From Hydrurus foetidus (lineage: Eukaryota): a DNA stretch of 64,000 bases. Below, piece after piece: positions 29,034-38,217 of the stretch (positions are counted from its first letter, which is position 1; the number at the start of each line of letters is the position of its first letter). The position numbers and the translations under genes are program-made. The stretch is taken from positions 434,001 to 498,000 of the forward strand of contig UYFQ01000005.1 of assembly GCA_900617105.1 (NCBI GenBank). The letters are read 5' to 3'. The notes under the pieces are model-generated. The model ran no database searches and was not told the DNA's origin. It saw nothing but the letters and a program-made list of their open reading frames with translations.

Positions 29034-29961
29034 TTGACACCCGCCCAATCGAGATGGAAGCGGCCCATCAGGGTTTCGATCTTCGTGCTGGCTTGCGTGT
29101 GGGTGCCGTGCGTCAGGTGGGTGTAACGGGTGGTGGTGAGGATGCTGTGGTGGCCCAGAATCTTCTGCACTTCAAGCAGGTCAACCCCGGCTTCGATCAG
29201 GTGCGTGGCATAGCTGTGGCGCAGGCTGTGCGGAGTGATCTTTTTTTTAGGCCGCAATCCAGCGTGACTTGATGCAGCGTCTTTTGCACGCCGCCTCGGT
29301 CTAGGGGCGTGCGTGCCGCATGCGCCCCCGCCAGGCCGCCCAAGCGGTTGGGGAACAGCAACTCAGGGTTGCGGTGGGTTTGCCAAAAGCGACGCAGCAC
29401 ATCCAGGGTCATGACGGGCAGTGGCACGAAGCGGTCGCGGTTGCCTTTGGAGTCGCGTATGTGCACGCGCTGGCGTACCGCATCAATGTCACTGACCTTC
29501 AAGGCCAGGCCTTCGCTCAGGCGCAGGCCCATGCTGTAAACGGTGAAGTAGAACACCCGGTAGCTCAAGACCCGCGTGGCCATGAACAGGGTTTGCGCTT
29601 CTTCGACGGTGACGATGTCGGGCAGGCGCTGCACCTTGGGCGGTTTGATGAAGTTGGGCATGGCCCAGGGTTTGCCCAGCACGTGCAGGGTGTAGAACTT
29701 GAAGCCATAGAGGTCAAGCTTGACGGCGCTCCACGAGTGGGAGGCGATCAGGTCGCTGAAGTAATCGGTGAGTTGTGCGGGGGTCAACACATCAAGCCGG
29801 AAATCAAAGTAGTCGCCCATGCGCCGGATGGCACGGGCATAGGCGTCAATGGTTTTGGGTTGCAGGCCTTTGAGCTTGAGGTGCTGCAAGTGGGTGCGGT
29901 ACGCGTTGGAAAAAGGCTCTGGAAAGGCAGCGGGGTCAAAGCCGCCGGGGTGGGTGGACAT
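29030..29961 (-). CDS. tyrosine recombinase requiring a -1 frameshift at an A8 run (29241-29248)
   Basis: Same split as in element A; -1 frame reads [15 protein letters not shown]...LGH...RYTHL. Confidence 0.88.
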
Positions 29962-30073
29962 GGGCAAACTCCAGTGAATTGAAGGTCAACATGCCTCACA
30001 ATTGATGCATGCGCCTACAGCTTACGAATTCACCGATGGCCCTCGCGCCGCTCCCGCTCCGCGTAGCGGCTTC

Positions 30074-30136
30074 GTCCAACCTGGCGTTCGAGCGGGACGC
30101 GCAAAAAACCGCGTGCCCCTCAACTTTACGTTAGGA
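30074..30136 (+). other. attC3 (R'' box supplied by the end of element B)
   Basis: GTCCAAC-CTGGC-GTTCGAG...CTCAAC-TTTAC-GTTAGGA. Confidence 0.85.
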
Positions 30137-30141
30137 GTTTT

Positions 30142-30627
30142 ATGTCTCGCTACACCCCGGAGTTTTGGAACAAGCGCATCGGCGACGCCTCAGGTGTGAA
30201 GCACTGGCGCCTTTATTCCTACGAGTACCTTGACGACCTCCTGTTTATGCCTTTGGCGAGAGATCTATTTAATGGCTGGGATGGAGGAAAAAGGATCGTC
30301 GAAGAGGTCGAGGAACGACTAAAGAAGTTTGGCTGGGACGGTGACGGGGAAATGCAAGTGATGTGGTTGCCGCCGTTTGCAGGCGCTGGCCCGCATAACA
30401 ATTTTGGGTGCTACGCACTTCACGTAAAGCAGCTCGAAGATGGGATTTCTTGGATTGCTAGCCCGTATGCGCTGCCGTTTCCCCGATTGTTCGAGTCTGA
30501 TGGCACACACTTTCTACCTCCAGGAATATCGATGACAGAGTCGGTAAGTTGGCGAACCGGCCCTCTGGAGTGGAGCACCAAATTTATTGGCGGTTTAGAT
30601 AGCCATCTGCCCGATGCCAACTCCTAA
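30142..30627 (+). CDS. cassette 4: hypothetical protein
   Basis: AGGAG RBS; bounded by GTTAGGAGTT and AACTCCTAAC (perfect 10-bp complements); GWDGDG..WLPPF..HVKQ..DG. Confidence 0.78.
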   Translation: MSRYTPEFWNKRIGDASGVKHWRLYSYEYLDDLLFMPLARDLFNGWDGGKRIVEEVEERLKKFGWDGDGEMQVMWLPPFAGAGPHNNFGCYALHVKQLEDGISWIASPYALPFPRLFESDGTHFLPPGISMTESVSWRTGPLEWSTKFIGGLDSHLPDANS

Positions 30628-30708
30628 CAGGTCGGCCCACTCGGACGCGCAACATCAGGAGGCGGCTCCGCCGCAAGTGTTGCGCTCCGGTGGCCTCCAA
30701 CGTTGGAT
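30622..30708 (+). other. attC4
   Basis: TCCTAAC-AGGTC-GGCCCAC...GTGGCC-TCCAAC-GTTGGAT; internal sequence similar to attC2. Confidence 0.85.
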
Positions 30709-30919
30709 TGCAGTCCTTTGAGTTTGAGTTGCTATAAGTGGGTGCGGTACTTGCCGGCGAAGGGCTCAGGAAAAGCAGCAAGGGCAAAGCCGCCGGGGCG
30801 GGTGAACATGGGCAATTTCCGGTTCAGTTGCGGTCAGAATGCTGCACAATTGCGGCATGTGCCTACAGCTTACGAACGCCCGGTCTGCGCAGCTCCTCCG
30901 CGTAGCGGCTTCGTCCAAC
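30703..30919 (-). pseudogene. remnant of a third IS91-like element (recombinase 5' end plus terminus)
   Basis: Highly similar to about 26113-26332; translates M.T.PGGF..AAFPEPF..KYRTHL*QLKLKGLQ with an internal stop. Confidence 0.88.
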
Positions 30920-30989
30920 AAACGGTATGAGCTACCGCCACAACGGGTAGAGGATGCTAGAAAAGCTTGAATCTTCCATTTAACAAAAA

Positions 30990-31850
30990 ATGAAATTCTT
31001 AGACGTTAGAACTGATTTCGCATTTAAAAAAGTCTTTGGCAGCGAAGAGAGTAAGCCCTTGTTGCTAAGTTTTTTAAATGCTGTTTTGTATGCGGAAAAT
31101 ACCAACAAAATTGCTGACTTAACGATTGTTGACCCGTACAGCGTGCCATTGCTAAAGGGCATGAAAGACAGCTTTGTGGATGTCAAAGCGCGGCTAGATG
31201 ATGGCAGTCAGGTGATTATTGAAATGCAGGTGCTGAACCATGCAGGGCTGGAAAAACGGGTGCTTTACAACGCTGCTAAGCACTACTCAGTGCAACTCCA
31301 GCAAGGCGAGCGGTACAGCCTGCTAAACCCTGTAGTGGCGCTCACCATTGTGGATTTCGCTTTGTTTGAGCCTGTGTCCGCAGAGGTTAAGCCCACACCC
31401 TATATCAGTCGCTTTAAGCTCTTAGAGACGCAAACTCTCACAGAGTACAACGGTGATATTGAGTTGGTGTTTATCGAGCTACCTAAATTCACAGCCACGC
31501 AAACCGCCTTGCAAAGTTTGCAAGATAAATGGATTTATTTCATTCAAAACGCAGGCAGTTTGCAGATGATTCCATCTGAGTTGGGCGCATTGCCCGACCT
31601 TCAAAAAGCGTTTGAGATGGTGAACGAAGCGAGCATGACGCAAAGCGAGCTTGAAGCCCAGCACAAGCGCAAAGAGTTCATCATGATTCAGCGCAGTGCA
31701 ATAGAGAAAGCCGATGATGATGGTTTTGCACGCGGCGCGAAAACAAAATCGTTTGAGATTGCTAGGGGTTTGCTTCCACTGCTAGATGATGCGGCGATTG
31801 CAAAGGCAACGGGATTGACTGCTGCTGAGGTCGCAAAGCTACGCAGGTAA
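30990..31850 (+). CDS. Rpn family PD-(D/E)XK nuclease
   Basis: DFAFKKVFG, VDVKA, IEMQ, FIELPKF, C-terminal IAKATGL helical domain. Confidence 0.88.
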   Translation: MKFLDVRTDFAFKKVFGSEESKPLLLSFLNAVLYAENTNKIADLTIVDPYSVPLLKGMKDSFVDVKARLDDGSQVIIEMQVLNHAGLEKRVLYNAAKHYSVQLQQGERYSLLNPVVALTIVDFALFEPVSAEVKPTPYISRFKLLETQTLTEYNGDIELVFIELPKFTATQTALQSLQDKWIYFIQNAGSLQMIPSELGALPDLQKAFEMVNEASMTQSELEAQHKRKEFIMIQRSAIEKADDDGFARGAKTKSFEIARGLLPLLDDAAIAKATGLTAAEVAKLRR

Positions 31851-31867
31851 CGGGGCAATGGTATCGC

Positions 31868-31925
31868 CCCTGATCCTTCATTCCAGCGGATCCGCTTCGC
31901 TCACCGCTGAAATCAAACGTTACCC
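31868..31925 (+). other. degenerate terminal attC
   Basis: CCCTGAT-CCTTC-ATTCCAGCGG...CCGCTGAAA-TCAAAC-GTTACCC; R'' is non-consensus. Confidence 0.55.
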
Positions 31926-32978
31926 GCCTTGCACCACCGAAACCCCCTGCTCCGCCAAGCTCAGCAGCACCTCAGCCCCCAGTGACAGTCGCACAGCAAC
32001 CTCGGGGGACACCACAAAAACGCGGCCCAGCACGGTGTCAAAGCTGTACTCATAGCAGCTGCCCAGGTAGGCGGATTTCACCAAGGTGGCGGGCAAATCT
32101 AGGCCGTCTCTGGCCGCACCTTGTTGGATGTGCCAAGCCTCGGGCCGCACCGCTACCTTCACCGCGCCCACCGCGACGGCATGGCGTGGCGTGAAGGTCA
32201 ATGGGCCGAGTTGCACTTGGCCGTCCGCCAGCGCCGTGCCAGGGAACAGCATGGCTTCGCCCATGAAACCGGCGACGAATTCGCTTTGCGGGCGCTCGTA
32301 CAGGTCTTGCGGTGTGCCCATTTGGGCGATCACGCCGTGGTTCATGACGATGATCTGGTCGCTCACGGCCAGCGCTTCGCTTTGGTCGTGGGTGACGTAG
32401 GCGACCGTGAGTTGCAGGCGCTGCTGGATGTTGCGGATTTCTTCGCGCATCTCGCGGCGCAGGCGGGCATCGAGGTTGGAGAGCGGCTCGTCAAACAGCA
32501 GCACGGCTGGCTCCAGCACCAGCGCACGGGCCAGGGCGACGCGCTGCTGCTGGCCACCGGACAGCTCACTGGGCAGGCGGTCGTTGAAGCCTACCAAGCC
32601 GACGTTTTTCAGCGCTTCGGTGGCGCGGCTTTGGGCTGAATCTTTGGCGATGCCGGACATCTTCAGACCGTAGCGCACGTTCTCGATCACGCTCATGTGG
32701 GGGAAGAGCGCGTAGCTTTGGAACATCATGCTGACGTTGCGCTCAGCAGGGCCGAGGGTCGTCACGTCTTTGCCCGCGATGGTGATTTGGCCGGAGGTGG
32801 GGGATTCCAGCCCGGCAATCATGCGCAGCGTGGTGGTTTTGCCGCAGCCCGAGGGGCCGAGGATGGTGGCCAGCGTGCCTTGGGGGACGGTGAAGCTGAT
32901 GCCTTGGACGGCCAGCGGGGCGCTGCTGTCATCGCCGTAGCGCTTGGTGATGTTTTTGAATTCGATGCCGTTGCTCAT
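31920..32978 (-). CDS. ABC transporter ATP-binding subunit (FbpC/AfuC-like)
   Basis: GPSGCGKT, FQSYALFPH, LSGGQQQR, DEPLSNLD, TOBE-like C-terminus. Confidence 0.92.
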   Translation of the reverse strand: MSNGIEFKNITKRYGDDSSAPLAVQGISFTVPQGTLATILGPSGCGKTTTLRMIAGLESPTSGQITIAGKDVTTLGPAERNVSMMFQSYALFPHMSVIENVRYGLKMSGIAKDSAQSRATEALKNVGLVGFNDRLPSELSGGQQQRVALARALVLEPAVLLFDEPLSNLDARLRREMREEIRNIQQRLQLTVAYVTHDQSEALAVSDQIIVMNHGVIAQMGTPQDLYERPQSEFVAGFMGEAMLFPGTALADGQVQLGPLTFTPRHAVAVGAVKVAVRPEAWHIQQGAARDGLDLPATLVKSAYLGSCYEYSFDTVLGRVFVVSPEVAVRLSLGAEVLLSLAEQGVSVVQGG

Positions 32979-33000
32979 GAGGGAACTTTCAAGTATTTTT

Positions 33001-33058
33001 ACTATCATTTTGATAGCTTCTTGCGCTTATAGGGTAAGCAGTAAAGGCTATTTATCTT
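33001..33058 (+). repeat. dispersed AT-rich palindromic repeat, copy 4
   Basis: CTATCA-TTT-TGATAG followed by GCTTA-TAGGG-TAAGC. Confidence 0.75.
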
Positions 33059-33148
33059 GTAGGTCGGGTTAGCGCAAGCGTAACCCGACATCTTTAACAG
33101 CGTCATCGCGTGGTGTCGGGTTACGCCCGTTGGGCTAACCCGACCTAC
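33059..33148. repeat. REPIN (inverted doublet of GTAG-type REPs)
   Basis: GTAGGTCGGGTTAGCGCAAGCGTAACCCGACA ... TGTCGGGTTACGCCCGTTGGGCTAACCCGACCTAC. Confidence 0.85.
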
Positions 33149-33153
33149 GGACA

Positions 33154-35364
33154 TCAATGCGCCGCCAACGCCACAGGCTGCCCACCCGCTTTGCGCCGCC
33201 CCAGCTTGCGTTCACCCACCACGAACTGAATCAGCGCTATGGCCAGCGACATCAGCACGATCAGCACCGTGCAGTACGCCAGCGCCACGCCGTAGTCGCC
33301 ATTGCCCACGCGGCCAATGATGTAGGTGGTGGCGAGTTCGTTTTCCGCGGTCACCAAGAAAATCACGGCGGACACGGTGGTCATGGCACGCACAAAGCTG
33401 TAAACCAGCGCGGCCACCAAGGCCGGTTTGAGCAGCGGCAACACCACATGCACCAGCGTTTGCCACGTGGAGGCCCGCAGCATCAGCGAGGCTTCGTCCA
33501 GCGACTTGTCGAGCTGCTTGAACGCGGCAGTACCCGCCCGCACGCCCACCGGCAGGTTGCGGAACATGAAGCACAGCACGATGATGAGGCCAGTGCCTGT
33601 CAGCTCGAACGGCGGCACGTTGAAGGCCAGGATGTAGCTCACACCCAGCACAGTGCCAGGGATGGCAAAAGCCAGCAGTGCTATGAATTCGAAAGCACCA
33701 CGCCCTTTGAATTCGGTGCGTGCCAGCAGGTAGGCGATCAACAGGCCCACACCCGCCGTCATGGGGGCCGAGGCGGCGGCCAGCTTGACTGTGGTGAACA
33801 GCGAATTCCACGCCGAGCCCGCCCAGACCATGCCGAACTCGCCCCATTCGATGGCGAAAGCGGTTTTGAAATGCCCCAGCGTGGGGGTGTAGTCGCGCCC
33901 CCAGGTCTGCACAAAACCACCGGCAAACGCGAACAGGTAGACCACCACGGTGAACGCCATCCACGGCAGCGCCACGGCGTAAATCGTCCGGCGCACGCCA
34001 TCGGGCAAGGGCATGGCGATGCCCGCGTCACCCTTGCCACTGACGGTGGTGAAATTTTGTTTGCCCAACAACCCGCGCTGGATAGCGAACACGACCAGCG
34101 CAAACACCGTCAAGATCCACGCCAGCGAAGCAGCCCGGCCTTGGTCGTACTGCGCACCGACGATGGCAAAGAAAATTTCTGTGGACAGCACCGAAAACTG
34201 CCCACCCACGACGATGGGGTTGCCAAAGTCAGCCATGCTTTCGATAAAGCCCACCAGGAAAGCGTTCGCCAAACCGGGTTTGAGCAGCGGCAGCGTGATG
34301 GTGGTGAAGGTGCGCAGCTTGTCGGCCCGCAGCGTTTGCGCGGCCTCTTCCAAGCTGGGGGATACGCCCTGCACCACGCCCCGCATGATCATGAAAGCAA
34401 TGGGCGTGAAAGCGAAGAGCTGCGCAATCCACACGCCAAACATGCCGTAGAACCAGCGCGTTGGCTCAATGCCAAAGGCCCATTCGAGCCACTGGTTAAC
34501 CACCCCGGCACGGCCAAACAGCAGAATCAAACCCAGGCCCACCACGAACGGCGGTGTGATGATGGGCAGCATCGCCAGCACTTTGAGCGGCGCTTGAAAG
34601 CGCGAGGTGCCGCGCTCAGCCATCAGCGCCATCATGGTGCCCAGCACGGTGGTGCCTGTGGCGGTGAGCAACGCCAGCATCAGCGTGTTCCAAGCCACGC
34701 CGCAGCGGGTGCCTCCGGCCAAACAGCCCACGCCCCACACCCGCTCGTTGCCAATGCGGTTGTACAAGGCCAAGAGTGACCACTGGCCATCTTCGTTCAA
34801 AAACGCCCCGTACAGCGCCTTGCTGACCGGGTAGGCGATGAACAGCAGCATCAACACGCCACTGCCCACCACAGCCGCTGCCACAAACAGATCGCCCTTG
34901 AAGTAGCCCAGCCGCGCCAGCCCGAAAGCGGCCAGAACGACCAAGGCCAACAGCGCAACGATGCCGCCCATGCCGATGCCGAATTGGTTGGTGCTGAGTT
35001 CGCCCCAGGCGCTGTTCAGCGCCGCAAACGACCAGCCTTTGGCACCGATCATGAAACCACTGAGCGCCAGCCCCAAGCCCCCGAAGGCCCCACCGGCCAA
35101 CAGCCACGCACCTTGGCGCTTGCCAGGGGCCATGCCTGCGGCGACGGCAGCGATAACCAAACCGACCAGCCCTACCAGCAGCCAGGGGCGACCTTGGGAC
35201 AGGGCTTGCAGCAGGCCGTTGGCGGTTTCCGCGCTGCCGAACACTTGGGGCAGCACAGCCACCCAGGTTGCGTCTTGTTGCGCGTACCACGGCAAAACCA
35301 GGTACGCCAGAAAGCCAATGGCCAGCCACAGTTGCACTGCGGCGTTGGGTTTTTTATGCATCAC
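33154..35364 (-). CDS. ABC permease with two TM domains (FbpB/AfuB-like)
   Basis: Two EAA loops (LEEAAQTLRA; LDEASLMLRA), ADFGNP. Confidence 0.9.
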   Translation of the reverse strand: MMHKKPNAAVQLWLAIGFLAYLVLPWYAQQDATWVAVLPQVFGSAETANGLLQALSQGRPWLLVGLVGLVIAAVAAGMAPGKRQGAWLLAGGAFGGLGLALSGFMIGAKGWSFAALNSAWGELSTNQFGIGMGGIVALLALVVLAAFGLARLGYFKGDLFVAAAVVGSGVLMLLFIAYPVSKALYGAFLNEDGQWSLLALYNRIGNERVWGVGCLAGGTRCGVAWNTLMLALLTATGTTVLGTMMALMAERGTSRFQAPLKVLAMLPIITPPFVVGLGLILLFGRAGVVNQWLEWAFGIEPTRWFYGMFGVWIAQLFAFTPIAFMIMRGVVQGVSPSLEEAAQTLRADKLRTFTTITLPLLKPGLANAFLVGFIESMADFGNPIVVGGQFSVLSTEIFFAIVGAQYDQGRAASLAWILTVFALVVFAIQRGLLGKQNFTTVSGKGDAGIAMPLPDGVRRTIYAVALPWMAFTVVVYLFAFAGGFVQTWGRDYTPTLGHFKTAFAIEWGEFGMVWAGSAWNSLFTTVKLAAASAPMTAGVGLLIAYLLARTEFKGRGAFEFIALLAFAIPGTVLGVSYILAFNVPPFELTGTGLIIVLCFMFRNLPVGVRAGTAAFKQLDKSLDEASLMLRASTWQTLVHVVLPLLKPALVAALVYSFVRAMTTVSAVIFLVTAENELATTYIIGRVGNGDYGVALAYCTVLIVLMSLAIALIQFVVGERKLGRRKAGGQPVALAAH

Positions 35365-35394
35365 TCAGCCCGAAAAAACAAATCAATACGTCAC

Positions 35395-36441
35395 TTACTT
35401 GGGCAGTGAATTCACGTCTTTTTCCCAGCGCGAAATCAAGCGGCGGCGCTCGGCACTGGCACCGTATTTGGCGTAGTCGTAGTTGATGAACTTGATCTTT
35501 TTGAAGTCAGGGATGCGGGCATCGGGTTTGCAGTTTTTGTTCGATGACATTTGGAACTGCTTGGCTGCAACCGCCATTTCCTGCGCAGCGGGGGTCAACG
35601 CCCATTCATAAAACTTCTTGGCCGCCTCACCATTGCGCGAGCCTTTGATGAGGCTCATGGAACCAATCTCGGCACCCGTGCCTTCCGCTGGGGTGACGGT
35701 TTCTACCGGAAAGCCTTGCATCTTTTCACCAGGGCCGTCGTGCACGAAGCTGATGGAGATGGCTGTTTCACCCCGTGCTACCGCCTTGATGGGGCCGGTG
35801 CCTGAGCGGGTGTACTGGCTGACGTTTTTGTGCAGCGCTTTGAGGTAATCAAACGCTTTGTCTTCGCCCATCAGCTGCACCAACGTGGCGATCATGGTGT
35901 AGGCCGTGCCGCTGGAAGCAGGGTTGGCGACTTGGATTTCACCTTTGTACTCGGGCTTGAGCAAATCAGCCCAGGTTTTGGGGATGGCGAGTTTCTTCTT
36001 GGCTACCAACTCGGTGTTGTAGCCAAAACCCAAGGGGCCGGAATAGATGCCCACAGTTTTGAAGCCCGATTGCTGCGCTTGCTGCTGCGCCCAAGGGTGG
36101 AGCTGGGTCAAGGTGGGGGACTGGTAAGCCAGGGTCAGACCCTGCTCAGCCGCTTGCAAATGCGGGTCGCCGGTGCCGCCAAACCATACGTCGGTTTTGG
36201 GGTTGTCTTTTTCCGCAATCAACTGCGCCAAGGCTTCACCCGAGCCTTTGATCGAGATGTTGATTTTGGTGCCCGTGGTGCGGGCGTACACCGTGGAGAT
36301 CATGTTGCACCACTCGGCCTGCACCGAGCAAATCACGTTCACTTGACCCTCAGCCATCGCGCGTCCCTGCCCCGTCAGCGCCGCCACGCTCAACGCCACA
36401 CCACCCAAAGAGCGAATTACCTTAGAAATTTTTGTCTGCAT
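35395..36441 (-). CDS. ABC substrate-binding protein (AfuA-like; Fe3+ or sugar phosphate)
   Basis: DVWFGGTGDP, PASSGTAYT, YTRSG, FVHD, EGTG.EIG. Confidence 0.85.
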   Translation of the reverse strand: MQTKISKVIRSLGGVALSVAALTGQGRAMAEGQVNVICSVQAEWCNMISTVYARTTGTKINISIKGSGEALAQLIAEKDNPKTDVWFGGTGDPHLQAAEQGLTLAYQSPTLTQLHPWAQQQAQQSGFKTVGIYSGPLGFGYNTELVAKKKLAIPKTWADLLKPEYKGEIQVANPASSGTAYTMIATLVQLMGEDKAFDYLKALHKNVSQYTRSGTGPIKAVARGETAISISFVHDGPGEKMQGFPVETVTPAEGTGAEIGSMSLIKGSRNGEAAKKFYEWALTPAAQEMAVAAKQFQMSSNKNCKPDARIPDFKKIKFINYDYAKYGASAERRRLISRWEKDVNSLPK

Positions 36442-36585
36442 ACAAGCTTCTGTTAGATTTTTTAAACCCTTTGAGCTTAAGGGCAACTGAGGGAATCTCC
36501 AGAGAGGGAATACGCCAAAGCCCAACGCAAGGTACATGAAAGGTGCATGCAAAATTTGCATGGTTACATGAATTTGAAATTCTCA

Positions 36586-36600
36586 TGAAACTAAGTTACA
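36586..36600. promoter_or_regulatory. candidate HexR operator
   Basis: TGAAAC-TAA-GTTACA near-palindrome in the divergent zwf/ABC promoter region; hexR is adjacent. Confidence 0.45.
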
Positions 36601-36655
36601 GTCTCGGCTACATTAATGGCCTGTCACTTTCACCCTTTTTTATTCTGGTGTCCAC

Positions 36656-38110
36656 ATGAGTTTTGATCTGGTTTTGTTTGGCGGTACGGGCGATTTGGTG
36701 TGGCGCAAGCTGATGCCGGCGCTGTTTCAGTCTTTCCGACACGGTACGTTGCCCTCTGAGGGCCGCATCATTGGCGTGGGCCGCGATGAGATGGACGACG
36801 CGCAGTACCGCGAACTGATTCGCCAGCGCTTTGAAAAAGTAGAGCTGTCCAAGCGCCCCAGCGATGAAGAGTTCGCCCGCTTTGCCGACACCCTGCACTA
36901 CCTGCGCATGGACTTGTCGCAACCCAGCGCCTACCAAGGTTTGGCCGAGTTGCTGAATGGCCGCAGCGCCGAAAACGTGGTGATGTACATGGCCACCGCG
37001 CCGTCCCTGTTCACCACGATTTGCGAGCAACTGGCCGCCGTCAGCCTGAACAAACCCCACGTCAAAATCGTGCTTGAAAAGCCACTGGGCCACGATTTAG
37101 CGTCCAACCGCGCCATCAACGCCAGCGTGCGCGAGTCGTTCTCTGAAAACCAGATTTTCCGCATCGACCATTACCTGGGCAAGCCTGCGGTGCAAAACCT
37201 GCTGGCCATGCGCTTTGGCAATGCTTTGTTCGAGCCGCTGTGGCGGCGTGAGCACATCGCCAACATCCAAATCACCATCTCGGAAGAGCTGGGCGTGGAA
37301 AAGCGCGGCCCGTTTTACGACCGCACCGGTGCGATGCGCGACATGGTGCAAAACCACGCGCTGCAACTGCTGTGCGCCATCGGCATGGAGCCGCCCATCA
37401 ATTCGCACGCTGACGCGATTCGGGATGAAAAACTCAAAGTGCTGCGTTCGCTGAAACACTGGACACCCACCACCCTGTCGCAGCAGGTCGTTCGCGGCCA
37501 GTATGCGGCAGGCAATGTGGAAGGCGTGGCGGTGCCGGGCTACCTGCAAGAAGCGGGCATTCCGGAAGATTCGACCACCGAGACCTTTGTGGCGCTGCGC
37601 ACCGAGATCGCCAACTGGCGCTGGGCGGGTGTGCCGTTTTACATCCGCACCGGCAAACGCTTGGCCGGGCGCGATGCGCACATCGAAGTGAACTTTCACC
37701 CCACACCGCATGAGATTTACCAAACGCCCTCGGGCAAGGTGAACCGCCTCATCATCAACCTGCAACCCAAAGACGGCCTGGAGCTGCACCTGTTCGCGCA
37801 AGGGGCCAGCAACCGCCGCCAGCAGCAAGCGCTGAGCCCGGTGCAGCTCGATTTGGACTTTGACAAACGCTTCGGCGCTGACCGCGTGGGCGCGTACGAG
37901 CGCCTGCTGCTGGACGTGATTCATGGCCGCTTGAACCTGTTTGTACGCAGCGACGAGCAAGAAGAGGCGTGGCGCTTTGTCGAGCCGATTCTGGAGCACT
38001 GGAAGGCCGACACCTCTGGGCCACGCCCTTACGCGGCGGGAAGTTGGGGCCCGAGTGCTGCCAGTGCGATGATTGCGCGGGACGGCTACTGCTGGAGTGA
38101 AGAATCTTAA
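36656..38110 (+). CDS. zwf: glucose-6-phosphate 1-dehydrogenase
   Basis: [30 protein letters not shown]. Confidence 0.97.
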   Translation: MSFDLVLFGGTGDLVWRKLMPALFQSFRHGTLPSEGRIIGVGRDEMDDAQYRELIRQRFEKVELSKRPSDEEFARFADTLHYLRMDLSQPSAYQGLAELLNGRSAENVVMYMATAPSLFTTICEQLAAVSLNKPHVKIVLEKPLGHDLASNRAINASVRESFSENQIFRIDHYLGKPAVQNLLAMRFGNALFEPLWRREHIANIQITISEELGVEKRGPFYDRTGAMRDMVQNHALQLLCAIGMEPPINSHADAIRDEKLKVLRSLKHWTPTTLSQQVVRGQYAAGNVEGVAVPGYLQEAGIPEDSTTETFVALRTEIANWRWAGVPFYIRTGKRLAGRDAHIEVNFHPTPHEIYQTPSGKVNRLIINLQPKDGLELHLFAQGASNRRQQQALSPVQLDLDFDKRFGADRVGAYERLLLDVIHGRLNLFVRSDEQEEAWRFVEPILEHWKADTSGPRPYAAGSWGPSAASAMIARDGYCWSEES

Positions 38111-38130
38111 GCGTCTCCGTATTACTTTAA

Positions 38131-38195
38131 CAGTAAAAATGATAGCTGCTCACGCCCTTTTCATAAGCTTAAGTAGCATTTTTTACACCTGAAAA
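38131..38195 (+). repeat. dispersed AT-rich palindromic repeat, copy 5 (degenerate)
   Basis: AAAATGATAGCTGCTCACGC...ATAAGC. Confidence 0.6.
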
Positions 38196-38217
38196 TACCA
38201 AAAAAAGAGACAACATC

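Larger units (their letters stand above)
27661..30080 (-). mobile_element. IS91-like element B (tyrosine recombinase + HUH/Y2 transposase) inserted at the R'' box of attC3
   Basis: Same architecture, orientation and junctions as element A, with clearly diverged sequence. Confidence 0.9.

Noticed and set aside
26326..30708. attC palindromes as terminators or CRISPR repeats
   Set aside because: They have R''/L''/L'/R' boxes, flank single ORFs and lie next to intI
33157..34779. Long antisense ORFs (for example 540 aa here, also 43678-44790, 24347-25387, 4735-5796)
   Set aside because: Shadow frames of well-supported high-GC genes, with no recognisable motifs
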